Below, in pieces: positions 45,203 to 54,493 of a DNA stretch of 64,000 nucleotides; the stretch's first letter is position 1; each line of letters starts with the position of its first letter. This DNA is from Candidatus Nanoarchaeia archaeon (GTDB taxonomy: Archaea; Nanobdellota; Nanobdellia; SCGC-AAA011-G17; JACPNG01). The notes under the pieces were generated by a model. That model ran no database searches, was not told the DNA's origin, and saw only the letters and a program-made list of their open reading frames with translations. The DNA is taken from positions 2,147-66,146 of the forward strand of contig JAQTMY010000001.1 of NCBI GenBank assembly GCA_028714095.1, in the 5' to 3' direction. Made by a program: the position numbers and the translations under genes.

Positions 45203-45745
45203 TCATTCTTTTAGGAATAATTTGGCCGCTTCATATTTTGGTAAAATAATTTCTTTTGCTTCAGGAATAAGTTTATTCCAACTTCTTTCAAGTTTATTCC
45301 TTACCGAAATTCTGCCTTCTTCAATACTCATTTGTTTTTTAACATACGCAACGTATAAAAGAGTCGGAAGGTTATCAAAATGATCCATCGCATCAGCACT
45401 TGCTACACACTCTGCCTCAAGAGTTTCCCGTTTTATGCTTTGGCTACCCCTATGGGCATTAATGCAATGTTTAACTTTATCAATCCTATCTTGGGGATAG
45501 TTCAGTTCTCTTAAGATCCTCTCTGCCTCAATTGGACCAGAAATATGATGATTTTCTGGATTTCCCTTAATTCTCGTAATGTCATGCAGCCAAGCAGAAA
45601 TTTCAACAATCTCTTTATCAGCTCCTAACTTTTCAGCAAGTTGATTAGCATATTTTACAACTGAAACCATATGAGAGTAGCTCCAACTATCCCCCCCACA
45701 TTCTTTTTTGACAATGTCCTTTATTTTTTCAATCATAATATGCAA
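45203..45745 (-). CDS. HD-domain phosphohydrolase
   Basis: H...V, AWLHDI, HHISG, CINAHR, ASADAMDH. Confidence 0.88.
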   Translation of the reverse strand: MHIMIEKIKDIVKKECGGDSWSYSHMVSVVKYANQLAEKLGADKEIVEISAWLHDITRIKGNPENHHISGPIEAERILRELNYPQDRIDKVKHCINAHRGSQSIKRETLEAECVASADAMDHFDNLPTLLYVAYVKKQMSIEEGRISVRNKLERSWNKLIPEAKEIILPKYEAAKLFLKE

Positions 45746-45927
45746 AAGAAATCACAACTTTATATATTTAATGGAAAATAAAAATAACTCTTGTTTCCCT
45801 TCGGGACGTTGCACTAAAATCCAACCTCTCCAAGTATTCGGGGGAAACTAACAGGAATTATGTGTAATATTACTCAGGGCCTTTTTTAACGAAAGTATTA
45901 TAAAACTGATGATTCCCTAGATTTATT

Positions 45928-46098
45928 ATGAATAAAAAAAATTTCTGTTTAAGTAGATTTATAGGTGGAGTTATATTTTGTTTAAGCAGTGCAATTCTAA
46001 TATTTTTTGAGAATAATATTCCTGTACCAGTTAAAATTAGTTTATTAGTTGTAGGAATGGCACTGATTGCAACATCAAAACAGAAATTGCTAAAATAA
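45928..46098 (+). CDS. Small two-TM membrane protein (56 aa, not in ORF track)
   Basis: MNKKNFCLSRFIGGVIFCLSSAILIFFENNIPVPVKISLLVVGMALIATSKQKLLK; TTATAAAA about 25 nt upstream. Confidence 0.6.
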   Translation: MNKKNFCLSRFIGGVIFCLSSAILIFFENNIPVPVKISLLVVGMALIATSKQKLLK

Positions 46099-46199
46099 AA
46101 AAAGCTCTGAAACTAGACTAGACTACGTTTCGCCTGTAAGAGTCAGTTCGGATAACCACTCTTAATCCTATAAATAAAGATTATAAAAAAAGAAAAAAA

Positions 46200-46370
46200 C
46201 TACTCGGTAGTTTCTTCTTCTGTAGATTCTTCAGTAGATTGACTTTCTTCCGATTCTTCAGGTTCAGATGTCTCCTCTGCAACAGAACAAGTGCATTCTT
46301 CTGGGGGAAGATTACATCCTTCACATTTCCCTTCTTCAGTTAAATTTTTCTTACATTTTTCACAAATCAT
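46200..46370 (-). CDS. Cys-rich, acidic-tailed microprotein (56 aa, not in ORF track)
   Basis: MICEKCKKNLTEEGKCEGCNLPPEECTCSVAEETSEPEESEESQSTEESTEEETTE; SD GAGGT, upstream TTTATAA, T-rich run after the stop. Confidence 0.75.
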   Translation of the reverse strand: MICEKCKKNLTEEGKCEGCNLPPEECTCSVAEETSEPEESEESQSTEESTEEETTE

Positions 46371-46459
46371 TTTTTTACCTCACATAGTTTATAAAAAAAA
46401 CCAATCCATTAATCTTATAAAAGCGTTTCGGTTTTAGGTATTATAAATATTTTAGTATC

Positions 46460-47545
46460 TTAATTAATCCCATACCTTAGAATAGCAGCTAATCCACCAA
46501 AGTCTCTTAACTGAACTCCTTCCCTTGTTTCAGTGGAAATAATAAAAACAGTTGTTCCCAAAGCTTCAGCCTTTTCCTCTAATCTCTCAATCTCAATTTC
46601 ATCCAAACTATCAGAAATTAATAATTTCTCAACAGCACCCATATCCAAAGCTCTCTCAACTTCCTTGCTTCCATAAGTAACTTTTTCAGGTTCCTTGACT
46701 AATCTGGTAAAAAATTCTCCAAGTATTTTTTTCTCTTCCATAATCTCTTCTTTAGCCAAAACATCCTGACTCTTGTCAACAAGTTCATGCAGTCCAGATT
46801 CATCTGTATAGGTAATGTCCTGAACAGCAATAACTTTATTTTTCAATTGCTGGTTTAGATACATCATGAAATCTTCTTTTGTTGGTCCGGGTCCGCCAAT
46901 TAAAATCCCTTTCAAGTCCTTGTTGGTTAAAAATTCCTCCTGTGCAGCATCAGCAATCCTTTTGTAGAATTCCTTTGCAGCTCCTTCTCTAAGTCTTGCA
47001 AATCTCTGGGAACTTTGACCTCCAGCCCTTGTCTTTCCAGGAACCCCTGAAGTTAAATGAAAAATAGATTCTATTAATGTACCTCTTAAATAACCGATTG
47101 TTCCCTCTCTCCTATCCATAACAATCAAACCAAAACATTCTCTTGTTTCAAGCATCTCCTTAAGTATATCTAAAACAAAAGTCTGGTCACATCTATATAA
47201 TCTTGAATTTAATGGTTCAGGAGGTTCAACACTCCATATCTTAATATCCACCTTGCTTTCATTATCAGAAGCATTGCCAGCAAAAACAGCCAATCCATTA
47301 GGAGGAGTTTGTTTAAACAATCTTAAATGTCTTATCGCCCTTTCAAGAGAATCAATAACATTTTTCCTAGTTCTTGCATCTTTAATGTTAGATGCAGTTC
47401 CCTGCTCCTGCTCTAAATGATTTATAATTTTATTTAAGTCATATCCAGCAGGAACATAAACAGAAACTAACTCTGTATGTCTCCCCCTTATCTGGCTTAA
47501 TTCCCTTAAAATTTTTTTTAAATCATGTCTTTGTTTTGAATTCAT
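46460..47545 (-). CDS. prf1: Peptide chain release factor aRF1
   Basis: RGRHTELVSVYVP, ASNIKD, YRCDQTF, GKTRAGGQSSQRFARLRE, GGLAAILRY. Confidence 0.97.
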   Translation of the reverse strand: MNSKQRHDLKKILRELSQIRGRHTELVSVYVPAGYDLNKIINHLEQEQGTASNIKDARTRKNVIDSLERAIRHLRLFKQTPPNGLAVFAGNASDNESKVDIKIWSVEPPEPLNSRLYRCDQTFVLDILKEMLETRECFGLIVMDRREGTIGYLRGTLIESIFHLTSGVPGKTRAGGQSSQRFARLREGAAKEFYKRIADAAQEEFLTNKDLKGILIGGPGPTKEDFMMYLNQQLKNKVIAVQDITYTDESGLHELVDKSQDVLAKEEIMEEKKILGEFFTRLVKEPEKVTYGSKEVERALDMGAVEKLLISDSLDEIEIERLEEKAEALGTTVFIISTETREGVQLRDFGGLAAILRYGIN

Positions 47546-47556
47546 TTTAAAATTAC

Positions 47557-49941
47557 CTAAAATTCGGTATTAAATTCACCTTTTTTGATTTCTTTTGCTT
47601 TTGTAACAGCCTTAAGATCATCGATAAGATCCTTCAGTAAGTCTAGAGACTTGTTATCTAATGTAAGAACAATCTCATCTTTTAAAGATTTCTTATTGTC
47701 TGTCTTGATCTTTCTTACGCTTTCAACTATCTTAACAAACAAGTCTCCTTTTTCAATTATTAGTTTCCCGTCAATTTTTTCTTCTTTAGGCCACTCAGCT
47801 GTATGTATTGATTTATTTTCTTCATTCTTTGCAAAATCAACGTGATAAATTTCTTCTGTAATGTGTGGAACAACGGGAGCAATTAATTTTAATAAATTGC
47901 TTAATATTTTATACAGAGTATATTGTGCAGATTTTCTACTTTCTCCTCCTCTCACATTAGGGTTATATAACCTATCCTTAACAATTTCCAGATAATTATC
48001 ACAAAAATCATGCCAGAAATAAGATTCAATAGCTTTATTGGCTTCGCTTGTATCATAAGTTTCATAACTTTCTGTAGCTGTTTTTATAATATCATTTAAT
48101 TTTAATAAATAATATTTATCGATGTCTTCTATTTTATTTGGTTTACTATAATCATAATTTTCAAGATGCATCAAAACAAATTTGGATGCATTCCATAACT
48201 TTGTTAAAAACTTCTTCCCATTAACTAATTCTTCTTCCTTGAACGGAATATCAGATCCCCATTTTGCTTTTCCAACCCAGTGCCTGAATGTATCAACATC
48301 ATATTTTTCTAGTAAAATATCAGCCCAGACAACATTACCTTTGCTCTTGTGCATTCCTCTTCCTTTTGCATCCAGGACAAATGTCCCCAAGGAAATATCT
48401 CTCCATGGAATTTCCTTAAAATGTAAATAAGATTTTAATATTGTATAAAATGCCCAAGTCCTTATAATGTCCTGGGCCTGGGGTCTTAAAGAACTTGGAA
48501 ATTTCTTTTTATAATTTAAAGGATCTTCTAACCATCTTGCAGTTATTTGTGGTGTCATTGAAGAAGTCATCCAGGTGTCAAATACATCTTCATCAGCCTT
48601 TAGCTCTCCATTTTTGCACTTAGTACATTTTCCCCTGTCTATCTCCAAAGGATCTAAAGGCAATTCATTTTCCTTAGCAACAACAATATTATCACATTTA
48701 TTACAGTACCATGCAGGAATCGGAACTCCAAAAAATCTTTGCCTTGAAATGCACCAGTCCCATCCTAGATTTTTTGTCCAGTCCTCATATCTTACTCTGA
48801 AAAATTCAGGATACCAGTTAATTTTTCTTCCCTGTTCAATTAATTCATTTTTATAATTTAATGCTTTAATAAACCATTGTTTTGTAACAATATACTCAAC
48901 AGGGGTATTACATCTCCAGCAGCTTCCAACAGTTTGTTCCAACTCCTCCCGATTTTTTAGTTTCCCTTCCTTTGTCAATTTTTCAATTATCTTTTCTCTT
49001 GCATCATTTAATGTTAATCCTTTATATTCCAAGGCAAGTTCATTTAACATTCCCCTTTTGTCAATAATGATTTTCAAAGGTAAATTATGTTTTTTCCACC
49101 ACTCAATGTCTGTATTATCACCAAAAGTACAAATCATTACTATCCCTGTTCCAAAATCCTTGTCAACTTTCTCATCAGTCATTATAGGAACTTTCTGGTT
49201 AAAGATTGGAACAACAGCATTTTTCCCAACCAAGTCTTCATATCTTACATCATCTGGATGAACAAATATCCCAACGCAGGCAGCCAAGAATTCAGGCCTT
49301 GTTGTAGCAACATTTATTTTTTCTCCGTTCTCCAAATCAAAATCAATATAATTTAGTTTTGTTTTTCTTTTCAAATCCTCAACCTCTGCCTGAGCCAGAG
49401 CAGTCTGATGATAAGTACACCATATTGTAGGTTCCTCTGCCCTATAACAATCTCCCTGTTTAACTAATTTAACAAAAGAAGTTTGAGCAACTTTTTGGGC
49501 TTCATTTCCTATTGTAGTATACAACAAATTCCAGTCATAGCTATGCCCCAATCGTTTAAAGACTTTATCTCTGTAAATCCTTTCAACCTCTTCATTAGCT
49601 TCAATGCATAACTTCCTGAATTCAGATCTGGATACAGTATTCTTGTTAACTCCCAGTTTTTCTTCAACATATTTTTCAGTTGGCAGACCATTATCATCAA
49701 AACAAGGAGCAAAATAAACATTAAATCCTTTCATTCTTTTATATCTTGCAATAATCTCAAACTGGGTATAATGTAAAGCATGCCCAACATGAAGATGTCC
49801 TGCAGAAGCATAAGGTGGTGGAACATCAACTGAATAAATCTTTTTCTTGCTATTTGGATCAAACTTATAAATATTTTCCTTTTCCCAGTAATCCTGCCAC
49901 TTCTTCTCTACATCAGCAGCATTGTAGTTTTTATCCAGCAT
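47557..49941 (-). CDS. valS: Valyl-tRNA synthetase (start probably ATG 49941)
   Basis: DVPPPY..GHLHVGH, ATTRPE, GTGIVMICTFGD, WCISRQRFFG, DTWMTSS, DIIRTWAFYT, GMHKSKGN. Confidence 0.95.
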   Translation of the reverse strand: MLDKNYNAADVEKKWQDYWEKENIYKFDPNSKKKIYSVDVPPPYASAGHLHVGHALHYTQFEIIARYKRMKGFNVYFAPCFDDNGLPTEKYVEEKLGVNKNTVSRSEFRKLCIEANEEVERIYRDKVFKRLGHSYDWNLLYTTIGNEAQKVAQTSFVKLVKQGDCYRAEEPTIWCTYHQTALAQAEVEDLKRKTKLNYIDFDLENGEKINVATTRPEFLAACVGIFVHPDDVRYEDLVGKNAVVPIFNQKVPIMTDEKVDKDFGTGIVMICTFGDNTDIEWWKKHNLPLKIIIDKRGMLNELALEYKGLTLNDAREKIIEKLTKEGKLKNREELEQTVGSCWRCNTPVEYIVTKQWFIKALNYKNELIEQGRKINWYPEFFRVRYEDWTKNLGWDWCISRQRFFGVPIPAWYCNKCDNIVVAKENELPLDPLEIDRGKCTKCKNGELKADEDVFDTWMTSSMTPQITARWLEDPLNYKKKFPSSLRPQAQDIIRTWAFYTILKSYLHFKEIPWRDISLGTFVLDAKGRGMHKSKGNVVWADILLEKYDVDTFRHWVGKAKWGSDIPFKEEELVNGKKFLTKLWNASKFVLMHLENYDYSKPNKIEDIDKYYLLKLNDIIKTATESYETYDTSEANKAIESYFWHDFCDNYLEIVKDRLYNPNVRGGESRKSAQYTLYKILSNLLKLIAPVVPHITEEIYHVDFAKNEENKSIHTAEWPKEEKIDGKLIIEKGDLFVKIVESVRKIKTDNKKSLKDEIVLTLDNKSLDLLKDLIDDLKAVTKAKEIKKGEFNTEF

Positions 49942-50093
49942 TTTAATTAAATTTAACAAAATGTAGTTTATATAAGTTTTTCTTATCATGCATTGTTACC
50001 TTAACGGGACTTATTCTTACAAAACATTTAAATACTAAGTAATTATTATTGATATTAATTATAAATAAATAAAAGTTATTATTAATAAGTAAA

Positions 50094-50237
50094 ATGGCAA
50101 AAAATGAAAAAGTAAAAAAATTTTTATTGGAAGTTCCGGAAGAAATCTGGAATAAATGGAAAGACAAGGTTCCTCGTTCTGTATCTTTGAATAAAGCATT
50201 AATTGAATTGCTAAAAAAAGAGGGGGAGAAAAAATGA
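50094..50237 (+). CDS. Small ribbon-helix-helix-like DNA-binding protein (47 aa, not in ORF track)
   Basis: MAKNEKVKKFLLEVPEEIWNKWKDKVPRSVSLNKALIELLKKEGEKK: beta-alpha-alpha pattern; ATGA overlap with 50234. Confidence 0.7.
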   Translation: MAKNEKVKKFLLEVPEEIWNKWKDKVPRSVSLNKALIELLKKEGEKK

Positions 50238-50992
50238 AAAAGTTCTTCTTATTTGCTCTTGTTGGAATTTTCTTTATGTTATCTTTTAGTTTTGTATCCG
50301 CAGCACGCCTCCCGACAGTCGGAGGAGATGAGGGTGTTTGGGGAACGGTGTTGAATGATTATCTAAATGTTTCATTAAATGAATCAGGAGAAATCCGTCC
50401 AGCTAATCTAACTTTCGCGCAAAAAGTAACTTTTGCTTTTGGAGAAATTATAGACAATGTTGTTGATGGATGGATTACTATCACTGGAAATTTGAAAGTA
50501 ACCGAAGATGCGGTCATTAATAAAAGTTTGAATGTTACTGAAAACATAAATGCAGAAGGAAATATGACTGCAGATTATTTTATTGGTGATGGAAGTCAAT
50601 TAACTGGAATTAGCAGTGGCGGGGGGGGCTTGATATCTGATGTTAATATTACATCCGGAACTTATACAGGAGCAATAACTTCTGGGGGGGATACTGGCTA
50701 TAAAGCTGCAGATGATATATGTGATTCTGAATTTTCAGGAAGTCATTTCTGCACAGAATTTGAAGTAGCTACCTGGAGCTCTAAATCTATTGATGGAGAA
50801 GATGCATGGGTTATTGCAGGAAGTCCAAAATATGTTCCAGCAGACATTCCGGTTAATGATTGTAATGGCTGGACTCATGGGAGTGCAGGAACTTATCTTG
50901 GAAATTACTGGCATTTTGGCTCAACAACTGGAGGTGATGGCAGAGCAATTCAGTGTGGAACATCATTGAAACTTGCCTGTTGCTCTTATTAA
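50234..50992 (+). CDS. Secreted fibre-like protein with C-terminal Cys-containing lectin-like domain
   Basis: Signal peptide, ARLPTVGGDEGVWGTVLNDYL, GDGSQLTGI, GYKAADDIC...SHFC...LACCSY. Confidence 0.75.
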   Translation: MKKFFLFALVGIFFMLSFSFVSAARLPTVGGDEGVWGTVLNDYLNVSLNESGEIRPANLTFAQKVTFAFGEIIDNVVDGWITITGNLKVTEDAVINKSLNVTENINAEGNMTADYFIGDGSQLTGISSGGGGLISDVNITSGTYTGAITSGGDTGYKAADDICDSEFSGSHFCTEFEVATWSSKSIDGEDAWVIAGSPKYVPADIPVNDCNGWTHGSAGTYLGNYWHFGSTTGGDGRAIQCGTSLKLACCSY

Positions 50993-50994
50993 AC

Positions 50995-53900
50995 ATGAAA
51001 AAAATAGTTATTTTAATTTTTTTAATACTTTTCTTGGTTGAAATTGTTTCTGCATCTACATGGGTTAATAATCCCAGTGATTGCCCTACCTCTGCACAAT
51101 CACAAACCTGTTCGGGAAGTGATGTTGTATGTGGTTTAAACGGAGGAATAACTTATTGTTATAATCCTTCTTCATTAATTCCTCCTTCAAGTTCTGCAAA
51201 CAGTACAACCTCTTACTCAAGTAGTTTTGACGGAGGATATATTTTAGATTGTGATTCTTACGATGGTTCTGCTCCTAATTGTGATAATTCTGGAAATTTT
51301 TGGTGTGATAGAAGTGAAACTTGTTATTCAACAGCATATAGAAATACTTTGTGCACAGCAGACACATGGGAAACAGCTACTTGCGGAACATGTAGGACTG
51401 GATATTTTGATTGTTACGGTGACACTAACTGTGAAAGCACATCAACTTCAGATTGCCAAGGCAGTAATAATAATCATTACAGTACCGGAACATGCAATAC
51501 AGATTTAAGTGGAGGCGCTTCAGGAACCTGTGTTTGTGATACAAATTATTATGCATGCGACGGAAGTGAAACAGATTTAGATGGCTGTGAAATCCATACA
51601 GGAAGTTCATGTTCATTAGGAACAGGAACATATTCTGGGTCTTGCTATGGTTCAGTAGGTGAATGTACTTCTTCTACAAACTCTGATTGTAATAATGATG
51701 ATTCTGATAGCAACATAGGAACCTGTAACGGAGCTGACGGATGTGAGATAATTTCAGGAGCAAGTTGTGGAAATGGTACTGGAACTTATGCTTCTCATCA
51801 GTGCATTGAATCAAGTGGAAATTGTACAAGTTCTGGAACTAGGCTTGATTGTAATAATGACGATTCTGATTCTAATACTTTAACATGTAATGGGGCTGAT
51901 GGATGCGAAGTAACTGATGGAGGTGCCTGCACTGTTGGAACCTTGCAAGGAACTTATGATGGTTGCAGCTGCGTTGTTACGCAATCAAACTTCAAAACAG
52001 GAGATGAAACATCATATTCAACAGATAATGCTCTTCTTTGGGGTTCACAATATGGAACAGGTTATCTTATGAATTTCACCAATGGGACAGACATAAAATT
52101 TGGAGTAAACAATTCAGGTTGTGTTGTTTTTCCAGATGGAACAACACAATGTACAGGAACATTACTAACTGATTTCACAAATGTTGCTTATATAAACCAA
52201 TCAAATAATTTTTCAGAAAATCAAGATTTCTCTTCAAATATTACTGTGGAAGACACAGGATCTTTTGGATTTTTGGGAAGTTTGGTTAACAGAATTACTA
52301 AATTATTTGTTATTGACATTGATGCTTCAGGAAATGTTAGCATTGGTGAGGATTTAACAGTTGGTACAAATACTTTAGTTGTAGACTCCAATAATAATAG
52401 GGTAGGAATAGTGGAATCTAACCCATCAACAACATTAGATGTCAATGGAGGTGCGCGTTTTTCAGGAACAACATCTAACGTAGAAGGAGAATTAGTTTAT
52501 AATAATGTAGGGGGTTATTATCAGTATTATAATGGTACGGCATGGGTTACCTTAACAGGTGGAGACGCAACTTTTACAGGTACATTATGGTCTCAAGATG
52601 GAAACAATATTTTTTATAATGACGGCTCAGTTGGTATGGGGGTAACAGCACCAACACAAAAATTAGATGTTAATGGAAATTTAAACATCTCAGGTTATTA
52701 TTATGGAGATGGGAGTCAGCTAACAAACATTTCAACTTACAATTCAACTTATGATATCTGGGCATACAATCAGACAACTCCTGCTATGGATTATACTGAT
52801 GAAATAAATTTAAGCTTATCTTCAAGAATTGATAATATTGCCGAGGATAATTCATCATGGAATGAGAGCTATGCAGATACAAAGTATGCAAATATTTCTT
52901 GGAATTATAATCAGACAACCCCTGCTATGGATTATACTGATGAAATAAATTTAAGCTTATCTTCAAGAATTGATAATATTGCCGAGGATAATTCATCATG
53001 GAATGAGAGCTATGCAGATACAAAGTATGCAAATATTTCTTGGAATTATAATCAGACAACCCCTGCTATGGATTATTCTAATAGTCTAAATAATTCCTTG
53101 ACCACATGGGTATCCTCAAATTACTTACTCACTTCAATATTTGATTCAGAAAATATATCAATTTGGAATGCAATAAATTCAGGCTTTAATCAATCATTAG
53201 CTGATGTATTATATTATTCAGTAAATAATCCAAGTAATTATATAAATAAAACAAATCTTTCTGAATTTACAGATGACTTAGGAAGCAGGGGATATGACTC
53301 TTTGTCTAATTTTACAAATGATTTAGATTTGTCTGCATATAACCAGACAGATCTGGCACTTGAAATAAATTTAAGCTTATCTTCAAGAATTGATAATATT
53401 GCCGAGGATAATTCATCATGGAATGAGAGCTATGCAGATACAAAGTATGCAAATATTTCTTGGAATTATAATCAGACAACCCCTGCTATGGATTATATAG
53501 ACTCTGTTATCAGTGATGATAATGACAGTTGGTCCTCTACTTACAATTCAACTTATGATACAAAAGCAGATTATCAATTTACAAATAATAACTTTAATGG
53601 CTCAGGAAACATTGAAACTACAGGAAGTATTGGAATTGGAACAACAGCATCTGCAAATAGTAGAATCAAAGTGGATATAAATAATCCTTCCGGTCCTGCT
53701 TATACAATAATTGAAGGTTATACTGCTTCTACAAGAATACTGTCTTCTTTGGTTTTAACTACTAATACAAGTAGGGGAAAAGGGATATTAATGGAAGATA
53801 CTCAATATAATGAAACTTGGTATACAGGAACTCCTTATTTCTCGAGAAATTATCAAATAGGGTATTATAATGCAGCATTACTTTATGACGGAAATGGGGG

Positions 53901-54294
53901 TGGAGAAAATGCATCAGATCCTTTGAATGCATACATGACAATAACTACTTCTGGAAGTGTTGGTATTGGAACGATTTCACCAACACAAAAATTAGATGTT
54001 AATGGAAATGTAAACATCTCAGGTTATTATTATGGAGATGGGAGTCAGCTAACAAACATTTCAACTTACAATTCAACTTATGATATCTGGGCATACAATC
54101 AGACAACTCCTGCTATGGATTATATAGACTCTGTTATCAGTGATGATAATGACAGTTGGTCCTCTACTTACAATTCAACTTATGATATCTGGGCATACAA
54201 TCAGACTACTCCTACTATGGATTATATAGACTCTGTTATCAGTGATGATAATAACAGTTGGACCTCTACTTACAATTCAACTTATGATATCTGA
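50995..54294 (+). CDS. Giant tail-fibre-like adhesin, N-terminal part (start ATG 50995; ends at in-frame TGA inside a repeat)
   Basis: Signal peptide MKKIVILIFLILFLVEIVSA, Cys-rich repeats, VGIG..SPTQKLDVNG repeats, sequon-rich repeats. Confidence 0.75.
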   Translation: MKKIVILIFLILFLVEIVSASTWVNNPSDCPTSAQSQTCSGSDVVCGLNGGITYCYNPSSLIPPSSSANSTTSYSSSFDGGYILDCDSYDGSAPNCDNSGNFWCDRSETCYSTAYRNTLCTADTWETATCGTCRTGYFDCYGDTNCESTSTSDCQGSNNNHYSTGTCNTDLSGGASGTCVCDTNYYACDGSETDLDGCEIHTGSSCSLGTGTYSGSCYGSVGECTSSTNSDCNNDDSDSNIGTCNGADGCEIISGASCGNGTGTYASHQCIESSGNCTSSGTRLDCNNDDSDSNTLTCNGADGCEVTDGGACTVGTLQGTYDGCSCVVTQSNFKTGDETSYSTDNALLWGSQYGTGYLMNFTNGTDIKFGVNNSGCVVFPDGTTQCTGTLLTDFTNVAYINQSNNFSENQDFSSNITVEDTGSFGFLGSLVNRITKLFVIDIDASGNVSIGEDLTVGTNTLVVDSNNNRVGIVESNPSTTLDVNGGARFSGTTSNVEGELVYNNVGGYYQYYNGTAWVTLTGGDATFTGTLWSQDGNNIFYNDGSVGMGVTAPTQKLDVNGNLNISGYYYGDGSQLTNISTYNSTYDIWAYNQTTPAMDYTDEINLSLSSRIDNIAEDNSSWNESYADTKYANISWNYNQTTPAMDYTDEINLSLSSRIDNIAEDNSSWNESYADTKYANISWNYNQTTPAMDYSNSLNNSLTTWVSSNYLLTSIFDSENISIWNAINSGFNQSLADVLYYSVNNPSNYINKTNLSEFTDDLGSRGYDSLSNFTNDLDLSAYNQTDLALEINLSLSSRIDNIAEDNSSWNESYADTKYANISWNYNQTTPAMDYIDSVISDDNDSWSSTYNSTYDTKADYQFTNNNFNGSGNIETTGSIGIGTTASANSRIKVDINNPSGPAYTIIEGYTASTRILSSLVLTTNTSRGKGILMEDTQYNETWYTGTPYFSRNYQIGYYNAALLYDGNGGGENASDPLNAYMTITTSGSVGIGTISPTQKLDVNGNVNISGYYYGDGSQLTNISTYNSTYDIWAYNQTTPAMDYIDSVISDDNDSWSSTYNSTYDIWAYNQTTPTMDYIDSVISDDNNSWTSTYNSTYDI
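52768..53497 (+). repeat. 141-bp (47-aa) coding repeat: two tandem copies plus a dispersed third
   Basis: GAAATAAATTTAAGCTTATC... recurs at 52801, 52942 and 53362; peptide EINLSLSSRIDNIAEDNSSWNESYADTKYANISWNYNQTTPAMDY. Confidence 0.92.
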
Positions 54295-54493
54295 GCATAC
54301 AATCAGACAACTCCTGCTATGGATTATATAGACTATGTTATCAGTGATGATAATGACAGTTGGTCCTCTACTTACAATTCAACTTATGATATCTGGGCAT
54401 ACAATCAGACAACTCCTGCTATGGATTATATAGACTCTGTTATCAGTGATGATAATGACAGTTGGTCCTCTACTTACAATTCAACTTATGATA
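54064..54493 (+). repeat. 102-bp (34-aa) tandem coding repeat, about 4.2 copies
   Basis: Units start at 54064, 54166, 54268, 54370 and 54472; units 1 and 4 are identical. Confidence 0.95.

Noticed and set aside
47380-47395. aRF1 NIKD instead of NIKS as a sign of altered stop-codon reading
   Set aside because: TAA, TAG and TGA all terminate clear genes in this window, and the YxCxxxF and GGQ motifs are intact.
54292-54294. Selenocysteine or genome-wide TGA recoding
   Set aside because: The homologous position is Trp, and TGA is an ordinary stop in many genes here (tfs, rpoL, several ATGA overlaps).
54207-54335. DGR template repeat (adenine-biased differences)
   Set aside because: The other copies are identical to each other rather than randomised, one change is A>T, the repeat is mid-protein, and no reverse transcriptase is in the window.
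54064-54493. CRISPR array
   Set aside because: Contiguous 102-bp in-frame coding units without unique spacers; no cas genes in the window.
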